Source: Tepidisphaera sp. (GTDB lineage: Bacteria > Planctomycetota > Phycisphaerae > Phycisphaerales > UBA1924). From it: a DNA stretch of 64,000 nt. Below the pieces are notes generated by a model. That model had not been told where the DNA came from and searched no databases. It was given only the letters and a program-made list of their open reading frames with translations. The first letter of the stretch is position 1. Each line of letters opens with the position of its first letter. This document shows positions 31,277 to 41,067 of this stretch, piece by piece. The stretch covers positions 2,048,001-2,112,000 of the forward strand of contig CP051526.1 in the NCBI GenBank assembly GCA_050916045.1. The letters are read 5' to 3'. The position numbers and the translations under genes are program-made.

Positions 31277-32370
31277 GCACAACCGCCACCCCGTCCAACG
31301 TGCTTCGCTCCACCGCCGAAAGCCAGTACGCGGCCGAGCTCGCCGCGCTCGCGAAAGCCGACGACCGGGCCAAGCCGCCCAAGTGGAAGCTCTCCCCGCA
31401 GGCGGTCGTCGCATACCTCATGGGCGGCAAGCTCAAGGACGGCACGGTGATCACGCCCAAGTACGTGGGCAATCAGCGGCTGATCGAGATCGCGGTCGCG
31501 ACCCTCGCGACGGACCGGGCGCTGCTGCTCCTAGGCGTGCCGGGGACCGCCAAGAGCTGGGTGAGCGAGCACCTCGCCGCGGCGATCAGCGGGGATTCGA
31601 CCATGATGGTGCAGGGAACGGCGGGAACGCCGGAGGAAGCGATCCGCTACGGGTGGAACTACGCGATGCTGCTGGCAAAGGGCCCAACGCGCGAAGCCAT
31701 GGTGCCAAGCCCGGTGATGCGCGGGATGACCGAGGGCAAGATCGTTCGCGTGGAGGAGCTGACGCGCGTGCCGAGCGATGTGCAGGACACGCTGATCACC
31801 ATCCTGTCCGAAAAGACACTTCCCATTCCCGAGATCAGCGAGGAGGTACGCGCGATCAAGGGATTCAACATCATCGCGACGGCCAACGACCGCGACAAGG
31901 GCGTCAACGAGCTTTCGAGCGCCCTGCGGCGTCGTTTCAATACGGTCGTCCTGCCCGTGCCCGACACCGTGGATGAAGAGATCCAGATCGTGCAGCGCCG
32001 CGTGACGCAACTCGGGCAGTCGCTTGAGATTCCGGCGGAAGCCCCGGCGATCGAGGAGATCCGGCGCGTCGTCACGGTCTTCCGCGAGCTTCGCGAGGGG
32101 AAGACGATGGACGGCAAGAGCAAGCTCAAGCAGCCGAGCGGGTCGCTGAGCACCGCCGAAGCGATCAGCGTCGTGACCAGCGGGATGGCGCTCGCGGTGC
32201 ACTTCGGCGACGGGCGGGTGAAAGCGGGCGACATCGCGAGCGGTATGCTCGGTGCGATCGTGAAGGATCCTGTTCAGGACCGCGTCGTGATGCAGGAGTA
32301 TCTCGAGACCGTGGTCAAGGAACGCGACGGCTGGAAGGACGTCTATCGCGCCTGCAAGGACCTCCTCTAA
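31273..32370 (+). CDS. MoxR-type AAA+ ATPase (YehL subfamily)
   Basis: Walker A GVPGTAKS, Walker B-like VRVEELTR, ATAN.RDKGVNELSSALRRRF and STAEAI. GTGA coupling. Confidence 0.92.
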   Translation: MSTTATPSNVLRSTAESQYAAELAALAKADDRAKPPKWKLSPQAVVAYLMGGKLKDGTVITPKYVGNQRLIEIAVATLATDRALLLLGVPGTAKSWVSEHLAAAISGDSTMMVQGTAGTPEEAIRYGWNYAMLLAKGPTREAMVPSPVMRGMTEGKIVRVEELTRVPSDVQDTLITILSEKTLPIPEISEEVRAIKGFNIIATANDRDKGVNELSSALRRRFNTVVLPVPDTVDEEIQIVQRRVTQLGQSLEIPAEAPAIEEIRRVVTVFRELREGKTMDGKSKLKQPSGSLSTAEAISVVTSGMALAVHFGDGRVKAGDIASGMLGAIVKDPVQDRVVMQEYLETVVKERDGWKDVYRACKDLL

Positions 32371-32383
32371 GCGACCACCGCCG

Positions 32384-34630
32384 ATGCCCCCCACCATCGA
32401 CATCCTCGGCATCCGCCACCACGGCCCGGGCTCGGCGCGGATGGTGGTTGCCGCCCTTAAGAAGCTCAAGCCCGACGCCGTGCTCATCGAGGGCCCGCCG
32501 GACGCGAACGAGATCCTGCCGCTCGCGGCCCACGCCGAGATGAAGCCGCCGGTCTCGCTTCTCGTCTATGAGCCAGATTCCCCGCAGAACGCCGCGTACT
32601 ACCCCTTCGCGGAGTTCTCGCCGGAATGGCAAGCGATGCGATGGGGGCTCGCGAACCAGGCCGCGGTTCGGTTCATCGACCTGCCGTGGGCGAACCGCGC
32701 GGACGCCGCCGACTCACGAGCGACCGAGGATGACCATGCCACCGACCAGGAACGCGCCGCACGCCATGGGGATCCGCTCGAGCTGCTCGCGCAGGCGGCG
32801 GGGTACGAGGATGGCGAAGCGTGGTGGGGACGCCTGATCGAAGAGCGAGCGGACGGCGAGGAGCCCTCGGCAGTCTTCTCCGCCATCATCGAAGCGATGT
32901 CGGCGACACACCCTGCGGGGGTTCGCAAGGATCGCGGTGCGGACAACGAGGTTCGCGAAGCCCACATGCGGCGGGCGATTCGGGCGGCTTCGAAGGAGGG
33001 GTTCGAGCGGATCGCGGTGGTCTGCGGCGCGTACCACGCGCCGGTGCTGACGTCCGCCGCGATCGAAGAGATCCCGGCGAAATCCGACGAGGCGTTGCTC
33101 AAGGGCTTGCCCAAGCGGAAGACGACCGCGACGTGGATTCCGTGGACCTACGACCGGCTGTCGATGTGGTCGGGGTACGGCGCTGGGGTGCACTCGCCCG
33201 GGTGGTACGACCATCTGTGGAAGCACCAAGAGGGCGCGGTCGAGCGGTGGATGACCCGCGTGGCTCGGCTGCTCCGAGCGGAAGATCTCGACGCTTCGCC
33301 GGCCCACATCATCGAAGCGTCGAGGCTGGCACGAACGCTCGCCTCGCTGCGCGGTCGGACGCTTGTGGGCCTTTCAGAACTGACAGAAGCGACGCTAAGC
33401 GTGCTCTGCGGGGGGAACCCCCTGCCGCTTCGGATCATCGAGCGGAAGCTGATCGTGGGGGTCAAGCTTGGTGAGACCCCGGAGGAAACGCCGGTGGTCC
33501 CGCTTCAGCGGGACCTGGCGGCCCAGCAGAAGTCGCTCCGGCTCAAACCGTCGGCGGACGACACGGTTCTGGACCTGGACCAGCGCAAGGAGATGGACCT
33601 GGCGCGGAGCAGGCTGCTTCACCGGCTTTGCATCCTGTCGGTGCCGTGGGGCGAGCTTCAGCGGGACTCCCGCCGGACCAAAGGGACGTTCCACGAAGTG
33701 TGGAAGCTCCAGTGGAAGCCCGAATTCGCGGTCGCGATCGTGGAAGCGGCCCGCTGGGGCAACACGGTCGAGGAAGCGGCCGCAGCTCGCGTCGGCGATC
33801 GGGCGGACCGGAGCGATGAGCTTTCCGAACTGACCGAACTGCTCGGGCATCTTTTGCTGGCCGACCTGCCCGGGGCGGTCGAGCGTGTGCTTGGGCGCAT
33901 CCAAGCGGTTTCGGCGGTCGCTTCGGACCTTGGGCACCTGATGCAGGCTCTTCCGGCGCTCGCGGGCGTGCTTCGGTACGGGAACGTGCGTCAGACGGAC
34001 ACGGCGCTGGTTGAGCCCGTGGTCGTGGGTTTGCTGGCACGAATCTGCGCGGGGCTGGGGCCTGCGTGCGGCTCGCTTGACGATGACGCGGCGGAAGCGA
34101 TGGCAGCGAACATCGACGGGGTGAACACGGCACTCTCGACGCTGGATCGGTCGGACTTGCTGGAGCCCTGGCGCGAGAAGTTAGCGGTGCTTGGCGACTC
34201 CCAAGCCCACGGGCGCGTCGCGGGACGCTGCTGCCGGATCCTCGTCGATGCCCATGTGATGGAGACCGCGGAAGCGGGGAAGCGGCTTTCGCTTGCGTTG
34301 TCGCGGGGGAACGATCCCGGAGCGGCATCAGCGTGGCTTGAGGGCTTCCTCTCGGGATCGGGGCTGGTGCTGGTGCACGACCGAAGCCTGCTTGGCATCA
34401 TCGACGAGTGGATCTGTTCGCTTTCGACGGACGACTTCGAGCAGACATGCCCGATCGTGCGTCGCACCTTTTCGACGTTCGCCAAGCCCGAGCGGAGGCA
34501 GATCGGCGAAGCCCTCAGGCGAAGCTCGTCCGCGGCGGGACCGGCGATGGAAGCGGCGGATGACTATGACCCGGTCCGCGGCGCAATGGTGGACCCGGTG
34601 CTCACCCTTATCCTCGGAGAACTGCCATGA
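32384..34630 (+). CDS. DUF5682/YehM-like protein
   Basis: GIRHHGPGSA, PD.VLIEGP, PFAEFSPEWQA, REAHMR, VCGAYH and WIPWTY.RL...SGYGAG. Confidence 0.88.
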   Translation: MPPTIDILGIRHHGPGSARMVVAALKKLKPDAVLIEGPPDANEILPLAAHAEMKPPVSLLVYEPDSPQNAAYYPFAEFSPEWQAMRWGLANQAAVRFIDLPWANRADAADSRATEDDHATDQERAARHGDPLELLAQAAGYEDGEAWWGRLIEERADGEEPSAVFSAIIEAMSATHPAGVRKDRGADNEVREAHMRRAIRAASKEGFERIAVVCGAYHAPVLTSAAIEEIPAKSDEALLKGLPKRKTTATWIPWTYDRLSMWSGYGAGVHSPGWYDHLWKHQEGAVERWMTRVARLLRAEDLDASPAHIIEASRLARTLASLRGRTLVGLSELTEATLSVLCGGNPLPLRIIERKLIVGVKLGETPEETPVVPLQRDLAAQQKSLRLKPSADDTVLDLDQRKEMDLARSRLLHRLCILSVPWGELQRDSRRTKGTFHEVWKLQWKPEFAVAIVEAARWGNTVEEAAAARVGDRADRSDELSELTELLGHLLLADLPGAVERVLGRIQAVSAVASDLGHLMQALPALAGVLRYGNVRQTDTALVEPVVVGLLARICAGLGPACGSLDDDAAEAMAANIDGVNTALSTLDRSDLLEPWREKLAVLGDSQAHGRVAGRCCRILVDAHVMETAEAGKRLSLALSRGNDPGAASAWLEGFLSGSGLVLVHDRSLLGIIDEWICSLSTDDFEQTCPIVRRTFSTFAKPERRQIGEALRRSSSAAGPAMEAADDYDPVRGAMVDPVLTLILGELP

Positions 34631-35808
34631 GCACGCCGGACGCGACGGAACGCCTCAAGCGGTGGCGGATGCTCCTCGGCGGCGGGGAAGCGGACGGCCT
34701 TGGCATCAATCTCGGCGGCCGCGAAGCCGCGATGGACCGCGCGCTCGGCATGCTTTATGACGCGGACGGCGAAGATGGTCGGGAGCGTCGCGGCGGCCTC
34801 GGTGGGTCGGCTCCGCGAGCGGCACGCTGGCTTGGCGATATCCGCGAGTTCTTCCCGTCGTCGGTCGTGCGGGTGATGCAGAAGGACGCGATCGAGCGTC
34901 TGGACCTGCGGTCGCTGCTTCTCGAGCCCGAGATGCTCGAAGCGGCCCAGCCGGACATCGAGCTTGTAACCACGCTGATGTCGCTTTCGGGCGTGATCCC
35001 GCAGAAAGCCAAAGCCACGGCCCGTCTGGTCGTGCAGAAAGTCGTCGAGGACCTCAAACGCAAGCTTGAGGCGCCGATGCGGCAGGCGGTTTCGGGCGCA
35101 CTCAAACGTTCGACCCGCACGCGGCGGCCGCGCCACAACGAGATCGACTGGAACCGCACGATCCGGGCCAACCTCAAGCACTATCAGCCGGAGTACAAGA
35201 CGATCGTGCCGGAATCCCGCATCGGGTACGGCCGCCGCCGAAGCGAGCTCAAGTCCGTCATCATCTGCATCGACCAGTCGGGGTCGATGGGGCAGTCTGT
35301 GGTGTATTCCGGCGTCTTCGGAGCGGTGCTCGCATCGATTCCGGCTCTGCGGACGGACGTCGTCGCGTTCGACACGGCGATCACGGACCTGACGGAGAAG
35401 ATGACCGACCCGGTGGATGTCCTGCTGGGGGTGCAGCTCGGCGGGGGCACCGACATCAACCGGGCGCTCGCGTACTGCCAGACGCTGGTGCGCAAGCCGG
35501 CGGACACCGTGCTTGTGCTGATCACCGACCTGTACGAAGGTGGGGACGCGAAGGAGATGATCAAGCGGGCGGCGGCACTGACAACGTCCGGGGTTCGGAT
35601 GGTGACGCTTCTGGCCCTTTCGGACGAAGGGGCTCCCTCGTTTGACGCGAAGAACGCGGCGGCGCTCGCGGCCCTGGGCGTCCCGAGCTTCGCCTGCACA
35701 CCGGACAAGTTCGCGGACCTGATGGCCGCGGCGATTCAAAGCCGGGATCTCTCGCTGTGGGCGTCCGAGAACGGGATGTCGGCGGCGAGGGCCCGCGACG
35801 AGATCTGA
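34627..35808 (+). CDS. vWA domain protein (YehP/CoxE-like)
   Basis: RWRMLLG, MIDAS DQSGSM, GGGTDI and LITDLYEGG. ATGA coupling. Confidence 0.92.
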   Translation: MSTPDATERLKRWRMLLGGGEADGLGINLGGREAAMDRALGMLYDADGEDGRERRGGLGGSAPRAARWLGDIREFFPSSVVRVMQKDAIERLDLRSLLLEPEMLEAAQPDIELVTTLMSLSGVIPQKAKATARLVVQKVVEDLKRKLEAPMRQAVSGALKRSTRTRRPRHNEIDWNRTIRANLKHYQPEYKTIVPESRIGYGRRRSELKSVIICIDQSGSMGQSVVYSGVFGAVLASIPALRTDVVAFDTAITDLTEKMTDPVDVLLGVQLGGGTDINRALAYCQTLVRKPADTVLVLITDLYEGGDAKEMIKRAAALTTSGVRMVTLLALSDEGAPSFDAKNAAALAALGVPSFACTPDKFADLMAAAIQSRDLSLWASENGMSAARARDEI

Positions 35809-35836
35809 TTCAGAATCGCGAGCTCCGTGCGCACAC

Positions 35837-37303
35837 TCAGGCCGACTTGCGGGCGGGTGGGCGGCTGAGCGTGGCAAACTCCGCGATCGGGCGGGGTTCC
35901 TTGCCAGGGAACCGTACCTGCATCTCGCCAGTGTTGCTCACCCGGATCTGCACAGGGCCGGCGAGTTCGCGATCGAACTCGTAGACGATCGCGCCGTGCT
36001 GGAGCCTGACCTTGGGATAGACCATGCGGCCGACGTTCACTTCGCAGGAACGGCCGCGTGAGAAGGCTTCCTGGAGGCGGTTGCGTTCGGTTTCGAGACC
36101 GGCGAGCTGGCGAGCCAGACCGCTTCGCTCGTACTGGATCTCGGTGAGTTGTTCGCGTGTGGAAGCGGTGTTGCCGCCGCCGGCGGCGCACTGGAGGGTG
36201 AGGGCGGCTTCGTCCTTGGCGGTGATGGAGGCTTGTATCCGCGCGATCTCACCGTTGAGTCGCTTGAGCTCAAGGCTGAGAAGCGGGAGTTCCCCGAAGA
36301 TGAGTGTCGTCGGCTCGGCTTGCGGCGATCCGATTGCGGCGATAAAGGCGCAGCCCGTCAAGGTCGCGACGCCACCGACCACGCTGGCGGTCTCGGCGTG
36401 GAACTCGCCGCCGACGGTGACATCGCACCCTTCGAGCCGGTCGCGGCAGGAGAAATGAGATCGGAAGATCGCCGCCATGTTCCGGGTCGGGCCAAGCGTG
36501 GTCGGTCCACCGGCGACGACCTTGGCCCGTCGCTTGGATGAAATTCCGCCGAAGCAGACAAGCTGGCCGCCGCAGACGAGCTGAGCCCCTTCGATCTTCC
36601 CGTCAACGAAGATGTTCCCGGAAGCGTGAACCTTGATCCCGTCACCGATGGATCCGTCGACGAGAATGTCACCCTTGAAGTTCACGCTGCCCGTGGTCGG
36701 GGTGATGGAGCCCTTGACGTGATGGAGCGGTGAAACCTGTGCGAGTCCCTTGACGACCCAGACGGCTCCGTCGTGCGAAGCGGTCACCACGCCCTCGGGG
36801 CCAAGATCAAGACCGTCACCGGGCCGGATCGCTGAAGCCTTGCCGCAAACAGCAGGGATCACCGCACCGGTCACGCTCTGTCCATCGACGCCCTCGGTCG
36901 GCGGGGTGTACGTCGCCACGCGCACTCCCTTACGGGCGACGAAGAGTTTCGGAGACGGAGGGTCGTTGCGCTCTCCCTCGGCAAGGGCGGCGACGCCGGG
37001 GTCGAAAGCGTGCTCCCACGCCCAGGTCCCGGGCTGGCCGCGCTGCGCTGGAACGGCGTGAGCGAGCTCGGTCGAGAGGTCTTGTGCGCCATCGCCGTAC
37101 TCGCGGATCACCTCGGCAAGGCGTGCTTCGACGGCGAGCGTCATGCGGACGCCAGCGACGGTCGCTGCTTCCTTGATGACCGAGGGCGTGAGTTGACCGG
37201 AAGCCAGCCCCGCTGGAACTTCAATCTGCGCCTTCTGCCCTCCATCAATGACACGAACCTTGATGTCCTGGGAAGTTGGCATACTGGCCCCCGCCACGCT
37301 CAC
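35837..37303 (-). CDS. FapA/DUF342 family protein
   Basis: PPTEGVDGQSVTG, TGSVNFKGDILVDGSI beta-helix, coiled coil and VYPKV. GTG start overlaps the cheY stop. Confidence 0.8.
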   Translation of the reverse strand: MSVAGASMPTSQDIKVRVIDGGQKAQIEVPAGLASGQLTPSVIKEAATVAGVRMTLAVEARLAEVIREYGDGAQDLSTELAHAVPAQRGQPGTWAWEHAFDPGVAALAEGERNDPPSPKLFVARKGVRVATYTPPTEGVDGQSVTGAVIPAVCGKASAIRPGDGLDLGPEGVVTASHDGAVWVVKGLAQVSPLHHVKGSITPTTGSVNFKGDILVDGSIGDGIKVHASGNIFVDGKIEGAQLVCGGQLVCFGGISSKRRAKVVAGGPTTLGPTRNMAAIFRSHFSCRDRLEGCDVTVGGEFHAETASVVGGVATLTGCAFIAAIGSPQAEPTTLIFGELPLLSLELKRLNGEIARIQASITAKDEAALTLQCAAGGGNTASTREQLTEIQYERSGLARQLAGLETERNRLQEAFSRGRSCEVNVGRMVYPKVRLQHGAIVYEFDRELAGPVQIRVSNTGEMQVRFPGKEPRPIAEFATLSRPPARKSA

Positions 37304-37674
37304 GCCGCCTTCGCGGCACGAGCCATGGTTTCCTTGAGCTTCTCACCGAAGGTATCGGGCGTGAACGGCTTGACCACGTAGTTGTTGACGCCGGCCTTGA
37401 TCGCCTCGACAACGCGGGTCTTCTCCGCTTCGGTGGTGACCATGATGATGGGTGCTTTGCGTCCCTTGGCGCGGTACTGTCGCACAAAGGTGATGCCGTC
37501 CATGACGGGCATGTTCCAGTCGCAGAGGATGAGCTCGGGGTCGAAAGCGTCGACCTTGCTGAGCGCGTCCTGACCGTCTCCGGCTTCCTCGATCTGGGTA
37601 TGTCCCAGGCTCGAGAGGATGCTCTTCTGGATGTTCCTCATGGTCTTGGAATCGTCGATGATGAAGATGCGCAT
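37300..37674 (-). CDS. cheY: CheY-type single-domain response regulator
   Basis: IIDDS, CDWNMP, MVTTE and YVVKPF. Confidence 0.92.
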   Translation of the reverse strand: MRIFIIDDSKTMRNIQKSILSSLGHTQIEEAGDGQDALSKVDAFDPELILCDWNMPVMDGITFVRQYRAKGRKAPIIMVTTEAEKTRVVEAIKAGVNNYVVKPFTPDTFGEKLKETMARAAKAA

Positions 37675-37698
37675 GGGCTCGTTCCTGCGTGTGTGCGA

Positions 37699-38175
37699 TT
37701 AGGCGGCCCGGGACTGGCGGGCCTCATCCCGGATGGCGACGTCGATGCTGAACTCCCCGCAGTACACCTGGCAGGGGAGCGAAATGCAGACGGTGCGTGC
37801 GGTTCGGGCGATGGTGTGCCCGGGTCCGATCACGACCGACGGCGTGGAGATGCTGACTTTCTTGCCTTCGAACTTTGCTTTCGCGGCGCCGGAGATCATG
37901 TTGACGATCTCGCCGAGCGCGTCCGCGAAGTCCGGGCTGGTGATCGGGAGGTCGCTTCCAGCGAACTTGCCGATGACCACCTTGGCGACCGGAGCTGGAA
38001 AGCTCAGCACGACCGACCCCACCACATCTCCCGACATTCCGATAATCCCGGAGATGTCAAAGCGGGGCAGAGTTTCGGAGACGTGAGGCTTCCCGAGCGT
38101 GACGTCAATGTGGATCATCGTCGAGAAGACGGATCGCACGGCCTCGATAAAGGGGGTGATGTAGCGTACGTCCAT
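37699..38175 (-). CDS. cheX: Chemotaxis phosphatase CheX
   Basis: ISGIIG, DALGEIVNMISG (ExxN) and SISTPSVV.G. Confidence 0.92.
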   Translation of the reverse strand: MDVRYITPFIEAVRSVFSTMIHIDVTLGKPHVSETLPRFDISGIIGMSGDVVGSVVLSFPAPVAKVVIGKFAGSDLPITSPDFADALGEIVNMISGAAKAKFEGKKVSISTPSVVIGPGHTIARTARTVCISLPCQVYCGEFSIDVAIRDEARQSRAA

Positions 38176-38370
38176 CGAGTCGACACTCCTTTGGGTGCTT
38201 GGATCTGCTCCCCTTCCTTCGGCGATTCGGAGCCGCCTCTCCTGTCGGCGGTTCGCACTTTTGCAAGTTGCGTGCGGGTACGCAACCAGTACGGGTCGAC
38301 ATTCACCGATACATACCGCCGCGTCGATGACGCGATCACTGTCCTACCCCTGAAGAAAGGAAGCCCCCGC

Positions 38371-41052
38371 GTGCTGGCCAATCTCAACGAGCGCGTCGAG
38401 CAAATTGCACGGATGGTCGTTCTCTCGGACTCCGGCGATCTGCCGGGTTTGGTCGCTCTGCAAGAGCAGGCGACCGTCCTCGCATCCGACCTTGAAACCG
38501 AGCACGCTTCGCAGCTCGCCGATCTCGCCAAGAAGATCGGCGCACTGGCCGAAGCGATCGTGCTGCGCGGAATGCCCGACGTCGATCGCGCATTCCGCGA
38601 GATCGGCGAGGTGACTGACCGCCTCCAGGCCGCCATCGCCAATGGTGCCCAGCCGCAGACGAACCAGGCGTCCGGCACGTCCGGCGATGACGAGCTTGTC
38701 ACCGCGTGGATCACCGGCTGCGAGGGCACGCTTACAGACCTTGAAGGCAAGCTCCTCGCGATGGAGCGCACGCCGACCGACCGGGAGGTGATCGGCGAGA
38801 TCCGCCGGATGATGCACACCCTCAAAGGCGAGTGCGGGGTGCTCTCGCTCCACACCGCGCAGAAACTGTGCCACGAAGCCGAAACGCTCATCGATCTCAA
38901 GATTGACGCCGGACAGGCGGTCCCGATCGATCCGTTCCTTGGCGTGCTGGACTGGCTCCGCAACTACGTCACACGGCTCTCGTCGGATCACAAAGCGACT
39001 CCGACCGACCACACGCCCGTCATGGAAGCGATCCTCGCCGCCCAGCGATCCGTGAGCCCGGAAAGCTCGCAGCAGGCCTCCACGACACCGACGACGCACG
39101 CTCCGACGAACTCCGCAACGACCCCGTCGGCACCCGCCGTGATCGAAGCTCCGCTGACGACGATCGCCACGGGACCGGTGGAATCGACGGCTTCGGTGAC
39201 CGCGCCCGCGGCTTCGACTGTGACCTCCCCGTCGGACCAGACGGCGATCACCTTCGCGCCCCAAGCCGGGACGGAGGAGAATCTCGCGGACTTCCTCTGC
39301 GAGGCTCGCGACCATATCGCGAGCTCGGAGGAAGCCCTCCTGCAGCTGGATCAGGACCGCGAGAACACCGAGCTGATCAACACGGTCTTCCGCGCGTTCC
39401 ACACGATCAAGGGCGTTTCGGGATTCATGGCTCTCAAGCCGATCGTGTCGCTTGCCCACAGCGCCGAGCAGCTTCTCGACGGCGCCCGGAGCGGCACGCT
39501 CAAGCTCGGCAAGAACGAGCTTGATCTCACGCTGGCGTCGTGCGACCTGATGACCAAGCTGCTGGGTGTGCTCGAAGGAGCCACGGGCCCGAGCCAGGGC
39601 GACTTTGACGCGCTGATCCGCCGGCTCGACGCCGCCGCCGCGGGGACACCCCTGCCCGAAGCCGCGCCGCCCATGCGAGCGGAGATCAAGCCGGCCGCCG
39701 AGGCGGAAGCCAAAGCGACCGTCGCGACGCCATCCCCCACCGTCGCCGCCGCCGCCGCCGCGACGGATCGAGAGCACGAGCAGGAAGGCGGGGGCACATC
39801 CAAGCTGAAGAAGTCCGACCAGACGGTCAAGGTCAGCACCTCTCGAATGGACAGCCTGGTCACGATGGTCGGCGAGCTTGTGATCGCCCAGCAGATGATC
39901 GTGCAGGACGTCTCGACCACGGGTGCGAGCAACCAGCGACTGCACCGCACGCTCAGCCACATGGGCAAGATGATCCGAGACCTGCAGGAAGTCTCGATGT
40001 CGCTTCGGATGGTGAACCTCAAGAGCACCTTCCAGAAGATGACGCGTCTGGCTCGCGACGTCTCCCAGAAAGCCGGCAAGCAGATCGAGGTCATTGCGGA
40101 AGGTGAGGACGTCGAGCTTGACCGGAACGTCGTCGAAGCGATCACCGATCCGCTCGTCCACATGATCCGCAACTCCTGCGACCACGGCGTCGAAGGGTCG
40201 GAGGAACGCCTGGCCGCGGGCAAGCCCGCGACTGGTCACGTCGGCTTGCGTGCCTACCACTCCGGCGGGTCGATCGTCATCGAGATCTCCGACGACGGCC
40301 GCGGTCTTCGTCGTGAGAAACTCCTCGCCAAAGCCAAGGCCAAGGGGCTTCTCCCGCCGGACAAGGACGAGGACTCGATGCCGGACAGCGAGGTCTTCGC
40401 TCTGATCTTCCTGCCCGGGTTCTCGACGGCGGAGAAGGTCACGGACATTTCCGGACGCGGCGTCGGCATGGACGTCGTCCGCCGGAACATCGAGGCTCTT
40501 CGCGGCAAGATCGAGATCCGTTCCACGCCGGGCAAGGGCACCACGTTCCTGCTGCGGCTGCCGCTGACGATGGCGATCATCGATGGGATGGTGGTCCGCG
40601 TGGGCAAGCAGCGCTACGTGCTCCCGACGCTCACGATCCAGCAGAGCTTCCGCCCGCGTGAAGACGACATCAAGACGGTGGTGGGCGTCGGCGAGATGGT
40701 GAAGGTGCGCGGCTCGATGCTGCCCATCTACCGCCTCAACCGCGTGCTCCAGCTCAACGAGGGCCACACGCGGGTCGAGGATGCGCTGCTGATCGTGATG
40801 GAAGCGGACGACACGCGGTTCTGCCTGATGGTGGACGAGATCCTCGGCCAGCAGCAGGTGGTGATCAAGACGTTGACTCAGACCGGGCAGAACCTTCGGG
40901 GCGTGTCCGGCGGGGCGATCCTGGGTGACGGGCGCGTGGCCCTCATTCTTGAAATCGCGCAGGTGAAGGCTCTGGCCACGGAGGGATCGGACGGTCCGGT
41001 CGCTCCCGCTCGGATGGAAACAAAGCCCGGCGCACAACGCGCCGCGGCGTGA
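38371..41052 (+). CDS. cheA: Chemotaxis histidine kinase CheA with two Hpt domains
   Basis: MHTLKG and FHTIKG, VGELVI dimerisation domain, HMIRNSCDHG, DDGRG, GFSTAEKVTDISGRGVGMDVV and C-terminal CheW domain. Start GTG 38371 after aagaaagga. Confidence 0.95.
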   Translation: MLANLNERVEQIARMVVLSDSGDLPGLVALQEQATVLASDLETEHASQLADLAKKIGALAEAIVLRGMPDVDRAFREIGEVTDRLQAAIANGAQPQTNQASGTSGDDELVTAWITGCEGTLTDLEGKLLAMERTPTDREVIGEIRRMMHTLKGECGVLSLHTAQKLCHEAETLIDLKIDAGQAVPIDPFLGVLDWLRNYVTRLSSDHKATPTDHTPVMEAILAAQRSVSPESSQQASTTPTTHAPTNSATTPSAPAVIEAPLTTIATGPVESTASVTAPAASTVTSPSDQTAITFAPQAGTEENLADFLCEARDHIASSEEALLQLDQDRENTELINTVFRAFHTIKGVSGFMALKPIVSLAHSAEQLLDGARSGTLKLGKNELDLTLASCDLMTKLLGVLEGATGPSQGDFDALIRRLDAAAAGTPLPEAAPPMRAEIKPAAEAEAKATVATPSPTVAAAAAATDREHEQEGGGTSKLKKSDQTVKVSTSRMDSLVTMVGELVIAQQMIVQDVSTTGASNQRLHRTLSHMGKMIRDLQEVSMSLRMVNLKSTFQKMTRLARDVSQKAGKQIEVIAEGEDVELDRNVVEAITDPLVHMIRNSCDHGVEGSEERLAAGKPATGHVGLRAYHSGGSIVIEISDDGRGLRREKLLAKAKAKGLLPPDKDEDSMPDSEVFALIFLPGFSTAEKVTDISGRGVGMDVVRRNIEALRGKIEIRSTPGKGTTFLLRLPLTMAIIDGMVVRVGKQRYVLPTLTIQQSFRPREDDIKTVVGVGEMVKVRGSMLPIYRLNRVLQLNEGHTRVEDALLIVMEADDTRFCLMVDEILGQQQVVIKTLTQTGQNLRGVSGGAILGDGRVALILEIAQVKALATEGSDGPVAPARMETKPGAQRAAA

Positions 41053-41067
41053 GGGAAAGGATGACCT

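Noticed and set aside
38285..38311. Sigma28 promoter upstream of cheA (ACCGATAC)
   Set aside because: The -10 resembles GCCGATAA but there is no convincing -35 at the right spacing.
37276..38370. 365-aa N-terminal extension of CheA in the ORF track
   Set aside because: It overlaps cheY and cheX on the opposite strand. A GTG with an SD-like sequence at 38371 is a better start.
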